From positions 1 through 36,039 of the forward strand of contig JBDRPV010000126.1 in NCBI GenBank assembly GCA_043826745.1: a DNA stretch of 36,039 nucleotides, given 5' to 3'. Of the stretch, positions 9,891 to 18,044 are shown piece by piece (the stretch's first letter is position 1; each line of letters starts with the position of its first letter). The translations under genes and the position numbers were made by a program. A model generated the notes under the pieces. The model was not told the DNA's origin, did not search any database, and saw nothing but the letters and a program-made list of their open reading frames with translations. The DNA is from Parcubacteria group bacterium (lineage in GTDB: Bacteria; Patescibacteriota; JABMPQ01).

Positions 9891-9957
9891 GTTATGTGTT
9901 ACCAGTTACGTGTTACGGATTATAAATTAGATCTACTCGTAACTGGTAATACATAAC
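9891..9957. repeat. Simple-sequence intergenic hairpin with a 20-bp stem made of GTTAC/GTAAC units
   Basis: GTTATGTGTTACCAGTTACG (9891-9910) pairs with CGTAACTGGTAATACATAAC (9938-9957) with a single G/T position and a 27-nt loop. It abuts the stop of the GT4 gene and lies 6 nt from the IMPase start. Confidence 0.8.
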
Positions 9958-11079
9958 TTATAACACATCCTCAATCGCCGCCAAAGTCTCCCGCGCGCAC
10001 TTCTGCCAACTAAAATCGGTAACTCTTTTAACGCCTTTTTGTACTAGATCCTGACGCAACTCATCATCCCCAACTATCTTGGCCATCGCCGCCACTATAT
10101 CAGGCACATCATAGGGATCAAATAGTAAAGCAGCTCCGCCCGCCACCTCCGGAATCGAAGCCGCCCGAGCGGCTAAAATCGGTGTTTGGCAACTCATGGC
10201 CTCGAGCAGTGGTAAACCAAAGCCTTCGTAGAAGCTGGGGAAAACAAAAGCCAGACTAGCACTTAGTAGAATGGGTAAGTCCTCCTCATCTACCCAGCCG
10301 GTTTCAATCACTTCTCGTTCTAGTTTGTGCTTTCCAATCAGCTCCTGCACCTGCTCGTAATTATGCCCGGGGCTGCCGACTAGAACTAATTTGTGCTCAA
10401 ATCTATTGCTCTGCTTAAATTCCGCGAATGCTTTTATTAGTCCGGGGGTATTTTTCTTTTCTTCCAGCCGCCCGATATAGATAAAATACGAGGCATTGGT
10501 AGGTACTTTGTATTTTTTTAGAGTCGCGGAAATTTTTTCTCGATCGCTTACGGGTTGAAAAATACCAGCGTCAAATCCCAGATATATTACCTGAATACGT
10601 TCCGGATCAATCCCACAGCGCTTTACTATTTCTTGCTTGGTGAAATTAGAAATAGTTAATATTTTGGTTGCTTTTTTGATTGCCTGCCGCAAACCGAAAT
10701 TATGATATTTAAGCTCCTTTTGCGGATATAATTCCGGTTTACTAACAAAGCCAATATCCATAATCGTGGTCACGGTCTTGGCGGGACTGACCAGGGGAAT
10801 AATATGGGCGGGGACAAATAAAACGTCCGGAGCCTTCCGCTTCATCTCCCATGAGAGTCGCAACATCGTCCAGAGATACTTCGGCGGCCATTTTAGAACT
10901 TTCTCCTGAAAATTATCAGGCAGGGAAGCCATCCGACCACTTAATTTGTCTGGAGAATATAAAAAATATCGATTGCGAGAATCGATTTTGGCTAACTCAA
11001 GAATGAGATTGTAAGAGTACCACTCCGTGCCTGTTTTTGCCGCTCGGTTAGCCCGAGAAGCGTCAACGCCGATGGTCAT
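9958..11079 (-). CDS. Glycosyltransferase, GT4 family (GT-B fold)
   Basis: 373 aa. The C-terminal half carries the GT4 signature region: FVFPSFYEGFGLPLLEAMSCQTPILAARAASIPEV. Confidence 0.85.
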   Translation of the reverse strand: MTIGVDASRANRAAKTGTEWYSYNLILELAKIDSRNRYFLYSPDKLSGRMASLPDNFQEKVLKWPPKYLWTMLRLSWEMKRKAPDVLFVPAHIIPLVSPAKTVTTIMDIGFVSKPELYPQKELKYHNFGLRQAIKKATKILTISNFTKQEIVKRCGIDPERIQVIYLGFDAGIFQPVSDREKISATLKKYKVPTNASYFIYIGRLEEKKNTPGLIKAFAEFKQSNRFEHKLVLVGSPGHNYEQVQELIGKHKLEREVIETGWVDEEDLPILLSASLAFVFPSFYEGFGLPLLEAMSCQTPILAARAASIPEVAGGAALLFDPYDVPDIVAAMAKIVGDDELRQDLVQKGVKRVTDFSWQKCARETLAAIEDVL

Positions 11080-11083
11080 TGTT

Positions 11084-11187
11084 TAGATATAAGATTGTAG
11101 ATAATGGATAATATATTAATAGATCACGGATATCGGATTGCAGATTATCTGTTATCTATGATCTATTATCTATAATCTGTTATCTAT
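11084..11187. repeat. AT-rich imperfect palindrome built from AGATTGTAGATAAT / ATTATCTATAATCT units
   Basis: The left end TAGATATAAGATTGTAGATAATGGAT is the imperfect reverse complement of the right end ATCTATTATCTATAATCTGTTATCTA. The element fills the mreB2 stop to GT4 start gap. It shares a 21-mer (2 mismatches) with the element at 21981-22050. Confidence 0.65.
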
Positions 11188-11188
11188 T

Positions 11189-12199
11189 TTACTTCTTCGC
11201 CGACAACACACTTCTCTTATACGAATCCAAATTTTCTAAAGCAATCCCATTGCCCTTAGCCACACATAACAGCGGATCTTCAGACACATAACACAACACC
11301 CCGATTGACTTTGTTATTAGGGTGTCCAATCCACGCAGTAGGGCGCCACCACCAGTCAACACCATTCCCTTATCAATAACGTCAGCTGATAATTCCGGTG
11401 GAGTATCTTGGAGCACTGATTTGATAGTCTGTAACACCTCGCGTAATTCGTTCTTGATTGATTCAGCCACTTCATTTGAACATATCTTGATAGTCTGGGG
11501 TAAGCCAGAAACCATGTCACGACCTTTAATCTCCATACATTGTTCTTTCTTAACAGGAATGGCGGAGCCAATCTTTATTTTAATCTCCTCGGCTGTACGA
11601 TCACCAATCGCCAAGCCGTGTTTTTTTCGAATATAATCAGCAATCGCTTGATCTAGTTTATCACCAGCCACCCGCGCTGAACTAGCCGCGACAATTCCCC
11701 CCAAGGAAATAACAGCCACCTCTGTTGTCCCCCCGCCAATATCAATTACCATGTTCCCACTGGATTGAGCAATCGGAATTCCCGCTCCAATCGCCGCCGC
11801 CACTGGTTCTTTTATCACATAGGCAGCTTTGGCACCGGCTTGGATGGTGGCATCAATCACTGCCCGCCGCTCCGTGCTAGTAATACCAGCCGGAATAGAA
11901 ACCATTACCTCCGGACGAAACATACGCACATTACCAATCGCCTTGGTAATAAAATATTTAAGCATTGCTTCGGTTACTCGGTAATCAGCAATCACGCCAT
12001 CTTTTAGTGGCCGAGAAGCAACAATAGTATCCGGCGTCCGACCTAACATCATTTTGGCTTCACTGCCCACCGCTAAAATCGAATTGTCGTCCATCGAAAC
12101 TGCTACCACCGATGGTTCATCAATAACAATTCCCCTACCAGGCACATATACCAATGTATTGGCGGTACCGAGATCGATACCTACTTTTTTGACAAACAT
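11189..12199 (-). CDS. mreB: Actin-like MreB paralog (copy 2, stand-alone)
   Basis: 336 aa with the same actin-fold motifs as copy 1: GIDLGTANTLVYV, MVIDIGGGTTEVA and MVLTGGGALLRGLD. By eye it is about two-thirds identical to copy 1 over the N-terminal half. Confidence 0.9.
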   Translation of the reverse strand: MFVKKVGIDLGTANTLVYVPGRGIVIDEPSVVAVSMDDNSILAVGSEAKMMLGRTPDTIVASRPLKDGVIADYRVTEAMLKYFITKAIGNVRMFRPEVMVSIPAGITSTERRAVIDATIQAGAKAAYVIKEPVAAAIGAGIPIAQSSGNMVIDIGGGTTEVAVISLGGIVAASSARVAGDKLDQAIADYIRKKHGLAIGDRTAEEIKIKIGSAIPVKKEQCMEIKGRDMVSGLPQTIKICSNEVAESIKNELREVLQTIKSVLQDTPPELSADVIDKGMVLTGGGALLRGLDTLITKSIGVLCYVSEDPLLCVAKGNGIALENLDSYKRSVLSAKK

Positions 12200-12299
12200 A
12201 TTTTAGAGTTAAACGCAGATCTTAACGACTATAGCATTAGAAAGGGAAAATACAAGGTTAATAAGCTTTATTTAGCAGTTCTAACATACCGGAAAAACA

Positions 12300-12425
12300 C
12301 CCCTGCTAAGCGGGAACCATGCCTGCCCGCTATGCAGCGAGCTGGCGGGCCCACCTCGCCCCGCGAGTCGAGGCGGGCCCGCTCAGTCGATAAACGGTCT
12401 TTCTCGATACACCAGGACGACAATC
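12300..12425. other. GC-rich structured island of unknown function between murA and mreB2
   Basis: I count about 70 G+C in nt 12301-12400, far above the surrounding sequence. It contains a strong hairpin GCGGGCCCACCTCG-CCCCGCGAGT-CGAGGCGGGCCCGC and a second one, GCGGG-AACCATGCCT-GCCCGC. No convincing ORF is present. Confidence 0.3.
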
Positions 12426-12430
12426 AACCT

Positions 12431-13687
12431 TTATTCTACTCTAGTGATATCCGCCCCCAATGCTTTCAATCGCCCTTCAATATCCTCATATCCGCGATCG
12501 ATCTGATAAGCATTGTTAATTGTGCTTTCTCCTTCGGCGATCAAAGCGGCTAATACTAAAGCAATTCCGGCTCGCAAATCAGGGCTGGCTAATTCGGTAC
12601 CGTATAATTTGGTTGGTCCATTAACAACTACTCGGTGCGGATCACACATAACAATATTGGCTCCCATTTTATTGAGATTGTCAGTATAAAAAAGACGTCC
12701 TTCATAGATAGTTTCATGTACTAAGCTGACACCATCAGCCTGGGTCATTAACACAGTTAGAGGAGCTTGTAGGTCAGTAGCTAAGCCTGGGTATTCATGG
12801 GTTCTAACTTCGCCTGCTTTCAGCTCTTGGGCGGCCTGGACAGTAACTGTGCTATCACCAATCTCATAGTCAACTCCTGCCCGAGTTAGCATCTGCCAAA
12901 ATACTTCTAAATGACCTGGATCACAATTGGTAATTTTAATCTCCCCGCCCGCTAAAGCTCCCAAGATAGCAAAAGTACCAGTTTCAAGCCGATCCGGGAT
13001 TATTTGGTAATCACTGCCTGATAACTCAGCTACTCCCATAATTATAATCTCTCCGGTGCCTGAACAATTAATTTGTGCACCACATTGCTGTAAAAATTCG
13101 ATCAAAGCCATTACTTCTGGCTCACCGGCCGTATTTACCAAAGTAGTCTCGCCCTCAGCCAACACAGCCGCCATGATCATGCTCTCAGTAACAGTATGGG
13201 AAATCCAAGGAAAAACGTATTTGCAGCCCGTCAGTTTGTTTGCTTTTATATGATAGCAATTATCACTCTCCGCTACCTCTGCCCCCAACGCTTGATAGCC
13301 TTCTAAAAACATATCAATCGGCCGTTTCCCTAAGATACAACCGCCGGGATGAGGAAATTTCACTTCCCCAAAACGAGCCAGCAGAGGAGCAACAAACATG
13401 ATTGATGACCTTATCTTAGCTGCTAACTCAGCTGGTAGTTCACTTTTGTTGATGCTAGCACCATCGATAACATACTCGCCTACCCCTTTTTTATCAACGC
13501 CCGCTCCTAAATACTTAAGAATTTTGACCATTAGAAAAACCTCTTCAATCTCGGGCACATTAGTGAACCGACATTCTCCTGGTATTAAAACAGAGGTGGC
13601 CAGAAGCTTCAAAGCACAATTTTTCGCTCCGGCTACCTTAATTTCACCCTTCAATTTATTCTGCCCCTGGATAATAAACTTACTCAT
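12431..13687 (-). CDS. murA: UDP-N-acetylglucosamine 1-carboxyvinyltransferase
   Basis: 418 aa. N-terminus MSKFIIQGQNKLKGEIKVAGAKNCALKLLA. The active-site loop region is PHPGGCILGKRPID, and the sequence is MurA-like across its full length. Confidence 0.95.
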   Translation of the reverse strand: MSKFIIQGQNKLKGEIKVAGAKNCALKLLATSVLIPGECRFTNVPEIEEVFLMVKILKYLGAGVDKKGVGEYVIDGASINKSELPAELAAKIRSSIMFVAPLLARFGEVKFPHPGGCILGKRPIDMFLEGYQALGAEVAESDNCYHIKANKLTGCKYVFPWISHTVTESMIMAAVLAEGETTLVNTAGEPEVMALIEFLQQCGAQINCSGTGEIIIMGVAELSGSDYQIIPDRLETGTFAILGALAGGEIKITNCDPGHLEVFWQMLTRAGVDYEIGDSTVTVQAAQELKAGEVRTHEYPGLATDLQAPLTVLMTQADGVSLVHETIYEGRLFYTDNLNKMGANIVMCDPHRVVVNGPTKLYGTELASPDLRAGIALVLAALIAEGESTINNAYQIDRGYEDIEGRLKALGADITRVE

Positions 13688-13747
13688 ATGTTAAGTTAGT
13701 CACTATACTATTATAGCCAAAAATAGCTACTTGGCAATCAAAAACAA

Positions 13748-13824
13748 GAGACTATCACTAAACGCGCTTTCGTTATACCCCCGCCTCGGCGGGGGTAGTA
13801 AAAATGGCGTTTAGCGACAGTCCC
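13748..13824. repeat. Palindromic element A (77 nt) of the GGGACTG-terminus family
   Basis: GAGACTATCACTAAACGCGCTTTCGTTATACCCCCGCC faces GGCGGGGGTAGTAAAAATGGCGTTTAGCGACAGTCCC. The core is the GC palindrome CCCCCGCC-TC-GGCGGGGG. Confidence 0.75.
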
Positions 13825-13870
13825 TGTACCTTTGACAAATAACAGCTACACTGCTACTTTATAGCTAAGT

Positions 13871-13903
13871 GGGGCTGTCGTCAAATACGCTTTCGTTACG
13901 AAA
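13871..13903. repeat. Half-element B of the same family
   Basis: GGGGCTGTCGTCAAATACGCTTTCGTTACGAAA matches the reverse complement of 15477-15509 at 28 of 33 positions (my alignment). Confidence 0.75.
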
Positions 13904-13932
13904 TTTTCATATAAAACAGTTTAATATATCTC

Positions 13933-15324
13933 ATGAAACGTTGGAAACGAAGAATATTTTTTGTCTTTGCAATAGCCATTTTCTTTTTGGTGTCTCCTTT
14001 GGCAATTCTGTATACTAGCGGCTATCGTTACGACTTCAGCGATAAATCCCTCAAGAAGATTGGGATGGTCATTATTGAATCAACGCCAGAAAACGTTAAC
14101 CTTTATATCAATGATCAGTTAGTGGCTGATAAAACTCCCTATAAACAATCTAGTGTCTTCCCCGATGTATATAATATTAAGATCACTAAAGACGACTATA
14201 CTACTTGGGAGAAAAATTTAGCGGTTGAATCAAAACTAGTTACTTGGGTAAGTAACGCCCGAATATTTCCCCTTAATCCATCAACCAAGGTTATCGCCCA
14301 AAAATCGGCGATCACTGACTTTGTCTTCACGCCAGATTACAAAAAAATAGCCTACATTGCTCAAGAAGAAACGGGATCGGAGCTGTGGTTAGCTGATATT
14401 GATGGTGTGGAGCAAAAAAAATTATTCCCGTCAGAGCCAGCAACAAAGCAAAACTACATTTCCAACCTGGAATTGTCTCCAGATAGCCGTAAAGTCCTTT
14501 TTAATTCAGACGGTCAACATTTTGTTGTCGACACTGAAAAGTCAGCTGAACCAAAAGCTATCCCCGGAACCAACTTAGAGAAACTCAGTTGGGATACTCA
14601 TGACTCCGACTTTGTTTATTATCTCCAACAAGGTAAGTTGATTAGCACCAATATTTCTATATCAACCGAGCCCACTGTCATTGCCCAGAACGTGGTCGAC
14701 TATGAAGTCAGACCACGCAGCCTATTTTACCTAAAACAAAAACCAGCCGAAAATGGCCTTACTATTTGTAATATTACTAAAAACAAAATTGAACAGGAAA
14801 GTCAGCCAACCGAAATTTTTCAATTGCCAGGCGATAGTTATATTCTCAAGGTTTCTCCTAATAGCAAGTTAGCTCTCTTAGCTGATAACAAATCGCTTTT
14901 CTTGATAAATGAGGGAGAATTTAGCAAGCTAAAAGATGGGGTGCTTAACTTTACTTGGACGAAAAAAGACGAGGGATTAGTTTTCCACACTGAAAATGAG
15001 GTCTGGTTCTATAAAGCTACCGAAGATAATGAATCGGCCATCACCCATCCGCAATATAATCTTAATGAAACCAACTTACTAACCCGCTATAGCACTAAAA
15101 TAGACTTAGTTACTTGGCATCCCGACGAAGAACATGTCATTTTCGCCACCAATAATAAGCTATATATTAAAGAATTAGATAGTCGCGATCAGGCCAACGG
15201 AACTGAATTAGTGGCGGATTTTCTCGCTAACCGTTACCAGCAAGTATTTACTGATAAGAAGGGGCAAAAGATTTATTATCGGGAGGGGGAATCGGGCGTA
15301 GTTGTCGAGAAAGAGATACATTAA
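13933..15324 (+). CDS. Membrane-anchored PEGA-domain protein with TolB-like (PD40) beta-propeller repeats
   Basis: 463 aa and the only plus-strand gene. It has an N-terminal TM helix (IFFVFAIAIFFLVSPLAILY) and a PEGA-like domain (IIESTPENVNLYINDQLVADKTP...YNIKITKDDY). Repeated xSPD/TPD blocks follow: FTPDYKKIAYIA, LSPDSRKVLF, VSPNSKLALL and WHPDEEHVIFA. Confidence 0.6.
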   Translation: MKRWKRRIFFVFAIAIFFLVSPLAILYTSGYRYDFSDKSLKKIGMVIIESTPENVNLYINDQLVADKTPYKQSSVFPDVYNIKITKDDYTTWEKNLAVESKLVTWVSNARIFPLNPSTKVIAQKSAITDFVFTPDYKKIAYIAQEETGSELWLADIDGVEQKKLFPSEPATKQNYISNLELSPDSRKVLFNSDGQHFVVDTEKSAEPKAIPGTNLEKLSWDTHDSDFVYYLQQGKLISTNISISTEPTVIAQNVVDYEVRPRSLFYLKQKPAENGLTICNITKNKIEQESQPTEIFQLPGDSYILKVSPNSKLALLADNKSLFLINEGEFSKLKDGVLNFTWTKKDEGLVFHTENEVWFYKATEDNESAITHPQYNLNETNLLTRYSTKIDLVTWHPDEEHVIFATNNKLYIKELDSRDQANGTELVADFLANRYQQVFTDKKGQKIYYREGESGVVVEKEIH

Positions 15325-15509
15325 GGGACTGTTGCCAAATACCATTTCGACCTTGCCTACCGGCAGGCAGGCTGCAATTTCTCAATTTCGGCCAGAATCG
15401 TTGAACAAACCTTTCGGCTTATCTCAGCCGATAGGCCTCAAGGTTTGTTCAACGATTCTGTCTCAAAATTGAGAAATTTCGTTACGAAAGCGTATTCGGC
15501 AACAGTCCC
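15325..15509. repeat. Palindromic element C (185 nt, nested inverted repeats) of the GGGACTG-terminus family
   Basis: Termini are GGGACTGTTGCCAAATAC and GTATTCGGCAACAGTCCC. The inner arms AATTTCTCAATTTCGGCCAGAATCGTTGAACAAACC and GGTTTGTTCAACGATTCTGTCTCAAAATTGAGAAATT also pair. The element starts directly after the TAA stop of the PEGA gene, and TTAA is present on both flanks. Confidence 0.8.
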
Positions 15510-15529
15510 ATTAAAATTTAGTGAAACAT

Positions 15530-15554
15530 AAAAGCCCTTACTAGAAGGGCTTTT
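15530..15554. terminator. Bidirectional intrinsic terminator between the convergent PEGA gene and rpsI
   Basis: AAAAGCCCTT-ACTAG-AAGGGCTTTT forms a perfect 10-bp stem. T-runs follow in both reading directions (TTTTATGTTT on the minus strand). Confidence 0.75.
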
Positions 15555-15573
15555 AAAAATACAATGATTAATT

Positions 15574-16071
15574 CTACCGTTTCTGCCACTGTGGCGCGCG
15601 CCGCGCTTTCTTCAAGCCTGGCTTTTTTCGTTCTTTCATACGAGGATCTCTTTTTAAGAATCCAGCTTGCTTCAAAGGTATTCTCAACTCTGGCTCAACT
15701 GTCTCTAGGGTCCGAGCTAATCCGTGACGGATTGCCTCGGCTTGACCACGCACCCCACCACCGTTCACTTTAACTGTAATATCAAAATCATCAGTCTTGC
15801 CCGTTAATACTAATGGTTGTCGAACTAAGTACTGTAGCTCTGTTGTCGGAAAGTATTTTTTATAATCCTTATCATTAACGGTAATATTTCCTTTGCCCTT
15901 TTGATATAGGCGTACCCGCGCAGTTGCTTCTTTGCGCCGTCCGGTCGCATAGATATAACGACCAGTAGATAAATTTTTCACCTCAGCTTGGCCATCTTTC
16001 TTGGCCTCAACAACCACCTTTTTATCAACTTTAGCTTTAACTACTGTTTTTTTAGTTTCTTTCGTACTCAT
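15574..16071 (-). CDS. rpsI: 30S ribosomal protein S9 with a Lys-rich N-terminal extension
   Basis: 165 aa. The core is [14 protein letters not shown]...[19 protein letters not shown]...[25 protein letters not shown]. About 35 extra K/V/E-rich residues sit at the N-terminus. Confidence 0.95.
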   Translation of the reverse strand: MSTKETKKTVVKAKVDKKVVVEAKKDGQAEVKNLSTGRYIYATGRRKEATARVRLYQKGKGNITVNDKDYKKYFPTTELQYLVRQPLVLTGKTDDFDITVKVNGGGVRGQAEAIRHGLARTLETVEPELRIPLKQAGFLKRDPRMKERKKPGLKKARRAPQWQKR

Positions 16072-16077
16072 AAATTA

Positions 16078-16503
16078 TTACTTTTTTATCTTATCTTGGT
16101 GAGGATGTTCAGCACCACCATAGACTTTCAATCTGGCCAAGCGACCTTTGCGCAATCTATTCTTAGGCAACATCCCTCGTACCGCCTCGCGCACTACCCA
16201 GGCTGACCCGCGTTGTTCTAATTTTTCCGCCAGACTTTTTGACTTCAAACCTCCCGGATAGCCAGAATAATGATGATACATCTTGTTAGTAGATTTCTTC
16301 GCCGAAATATTCAACTTATCAGTATTAATAACCACCACATAACCCCCTTTGTCTTCGTGGGGTGAATAATCCGGTCGATTTTTTCCTGTTAAATAGCCAG
16401 AAATTTTGGTAGCTATTCTACCCAAAGAAGCCTGTTTAGCATCAATTAGATACCAATTACCTTCCTCGGACTGCTGCTTATTTTTTGCTTTAGTATTTTT
16501 CAT
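16078..16503 (-). CDS. rplM: 50S ribosomal protein L13
   Basis: 141 aa: WYLIDAKQASLGRIATKISGYLTGKNRPDYSPH...VVVINTDKL. Confidence 0.95.
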   Translation of the reverse strand: MKNTKAKNKQQSEEGNWYLIDAKQASLGRIATKISGYLTGKNRPDYSPHEDKGGYVVVINTDKLNISAKKSTNKMYHHYSGYPGGLKSKSLAEKLEQRGSAWVVREAVRGMLPKNRLRKGRLARLKVYGGAEHPHQDKIKK

Positions 16504-16526
16504 AGTAAAATATCAATTTGGGACAC

Positions 16527-16883
16527 TTATACTAACTCAATTTGCACCATCGTTGCTCCATCGCCTTGACGACAACCAAGCTTAAGTATCCTGGTATAAC
16601 CGCCTTTTCTGTCCTTATATTTTTTACTCAATTCCGTCTGCACTTTCTTCTCCGCTTCTTTACTCCTGAGCATATCGTGTAAACGCCGCTTGGTACTTAA
16701 ATCGCTCTGACGACTGATAGTAATAATTTTCTCCACTAAAGGTTGGACTAGACGAGCTTTTTTAGTCGTCGTCTTAACTTTTTCGTTAATAAGCAAAGAA
16801 GCGGCTAGATTACGGAATACTAGATTTTCTCGGCCAGTGGTAGCCTTCCCTTTGATTTTTCGCTTATTTTTCCGGTGTCGCAT
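16527..16883 (-). CDS. rplQ: 50S ribosomal protein L17
   Basis: 118 aa: MRHRKNKRKI...GGYTRILKLGCRQGDGATMVQIELV. Confidence 0.95.
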   Translation of the reverse strand: MRHRKNKRKIKGKATTGRENLVFRNLAASLLINEKVKTTTKKARLVQPLVEKIITISRQSDLSTKRRLHDMLRSKEAEKKVQTELSKKYKDRKGGYTRILKLGCRQGDGATMVQIELV

Positions 16884-16886
16884 CTT

Positions 16887-17843
16887 TTATTCTGGTAAAG
16901 TTAAATCAATCTTCTTGAGAGCCCGTTTGATTTCGTCTAAAGCCGTTTGTCCCAAACCATCCAGTGACAATAAATCTTTCTCTGTTTTTTGAGCCAGATC
17001 ATCAATAGTTCTAATTTTGGCTTTACTAAGAGCATTAAAAGTCCGGGTAGAAAAATTAAGTTCCTGAATTGGTGTTCCTATGCCTTCATCTTCCTTTTCT
17101 TTGGCCTGCTTCTCCTCTAATTCCTGCTTTTCAGCTTCTTCGCCCTTCTTAATAGCATCTTCTGGACTGGCCAAAAAAGTGAATTGATCTACCAATACCT
17201 TAGCGGCTTCGTTGAAAGCATCCAGTGGAGCCACCGTTCCGTCAGTTTTTATATCTATAACCAATTGGTCATAGTCGGTTCTTTTTCCTAAACGAATATT
17301 TTCCACTTCATAGCCAACTTTTAAAACGGGAGTAAAAATAGAATCCACTAATATTGTCCCGACATCTAGATCTTTGGCACTTTTTTGTTCAGTGGGCACA
17401 TAGCCTCTTCCTTTCTCGACTGTAATTTCCATTTCTAGTTCGACGTCTTTATGAGTACCAGTAGCAATTACTAGATCAGGATTAGTAATCTTCACATCAG
17501 CGGAAGTTTCAATATCACCTGCTTTCATCTCCTTAGCACCCTTACCTACCAATTTTAATTTTATTGGTTCTTCTGCAAACAATGCTAAGCGTAAAGACTT
17601 CAGATTCATGATAATTTCTACCACGTCTTCCTTGATATTTTCGATGGTAGAAAATTCATGGTCTACCCCTTTAATCTTAACAGCTGATACCGCCGCTCCT
17701 GGTAACGATGACAATAATACTCGGCGCATAGCGTTGCCCAGTGTGGTACCATAGCCCGGATAACAGGGCTCAACAACAACGGCTGCTTCATTATCGCCTT
17801 TCTCTTCTAGCTTTATTTTGCTGGGTAAAGTGATTTCTTGCAT
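16887..17843 (-). CDS. rpoA: DNA-directed RNA polymerase alpha subunit
   Basis: 318 aa. The N-terminal domain carries GYGTTLGNAMRRVLLSSLPGAAV. An E/K-rich linker leads to a C-terminal domain with ELNFSTRTFNALSKAKIRTIDDL. It sits in the conserved position between rpsD and rplQ. Confidence 0.95.
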   Translation of the reverse strand: MQEITLPSKIKLEEKGDNEAAVVVEPCYPGYGTTLGNAMRRVLLSSLPGAAVSAVKIKGVDHEFSTIENIKEDVVEIIMNLKSLRLALFAEEPIKLKLVGKGAKEMKAGDIETSADVKITNPDLVIATGTHKDVELEMEITVEKGRGYVPTEQKSAKDLDVGTILVDSIFTPVLKVGYEVENIRLGKRTDYDQLVIDIKTDGTVAPLDAFNEAAKVLVDQFTFLASPEDAIKKGEEAEKQELEEKQAKEKEDEGIGTPIQELNFSTRTFNALSKAKIRTIDDLAQKTEKDLLSLDGLGQTALDEIKRALKKIDLTLPE

Positions 17844-17913
17844 AGTGTTTTTCTTCTTAATTGAGTTATTGCAGCAACTAGCTGCAGAATTGTAAATATA
17901 ATTTAATAGGATA

Positions 17914-18037
17914 TAGGACTTACGCGTTTGGATGCAGTTCGAGGCGGAAGCGAGGAGTGAAGTGAGATGTATTCAATCATACATCGAACAAGCACCACAG
18001 CTTCCAACGAAGAAATACGCCAAACGCGTAAGTCCTA
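17914..18037. repeat. Palindromic element D (124 nt) inside the rpsD-rpoA spacer
   Basis: It has perfect 18-bp terminal inverted repeats, TAGGACTTACGCGTTTGG and CCAAACGCGTAAGTCCTA. The inner arms pair partially, and there is a central hairpin GATGTAT-TCAATC-ATACATC. Confidence 0.8.
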
Positions 18038-18044
18038 AGAACAA

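Noticed and set aside
12300-12425. Possibility that the GC island is SRP (4.5S) RNA or the tRNA-like end of tmRNA
   Set aside because: I looked on both strands for the SRP domain-IV signature (GGAA tetraloop followed by GGAAGCAGC-like 3' strand) and for a T-arm plus CCA-proximal acceptor. Only a loose CCCGCCAGCTC resemblance to a tmRNA 3' end was found, without a T-loop. The evidence is not sufficient, so the region is left as unknown.
12332-12553. 73-aa plus-strand ORF across the GC-rich island into murA
   Set aside because: It is Arg/Ser/Pro-rich, as expected from reading GC-rich hairpins, and its second half is antisense to the murA C-terminus.
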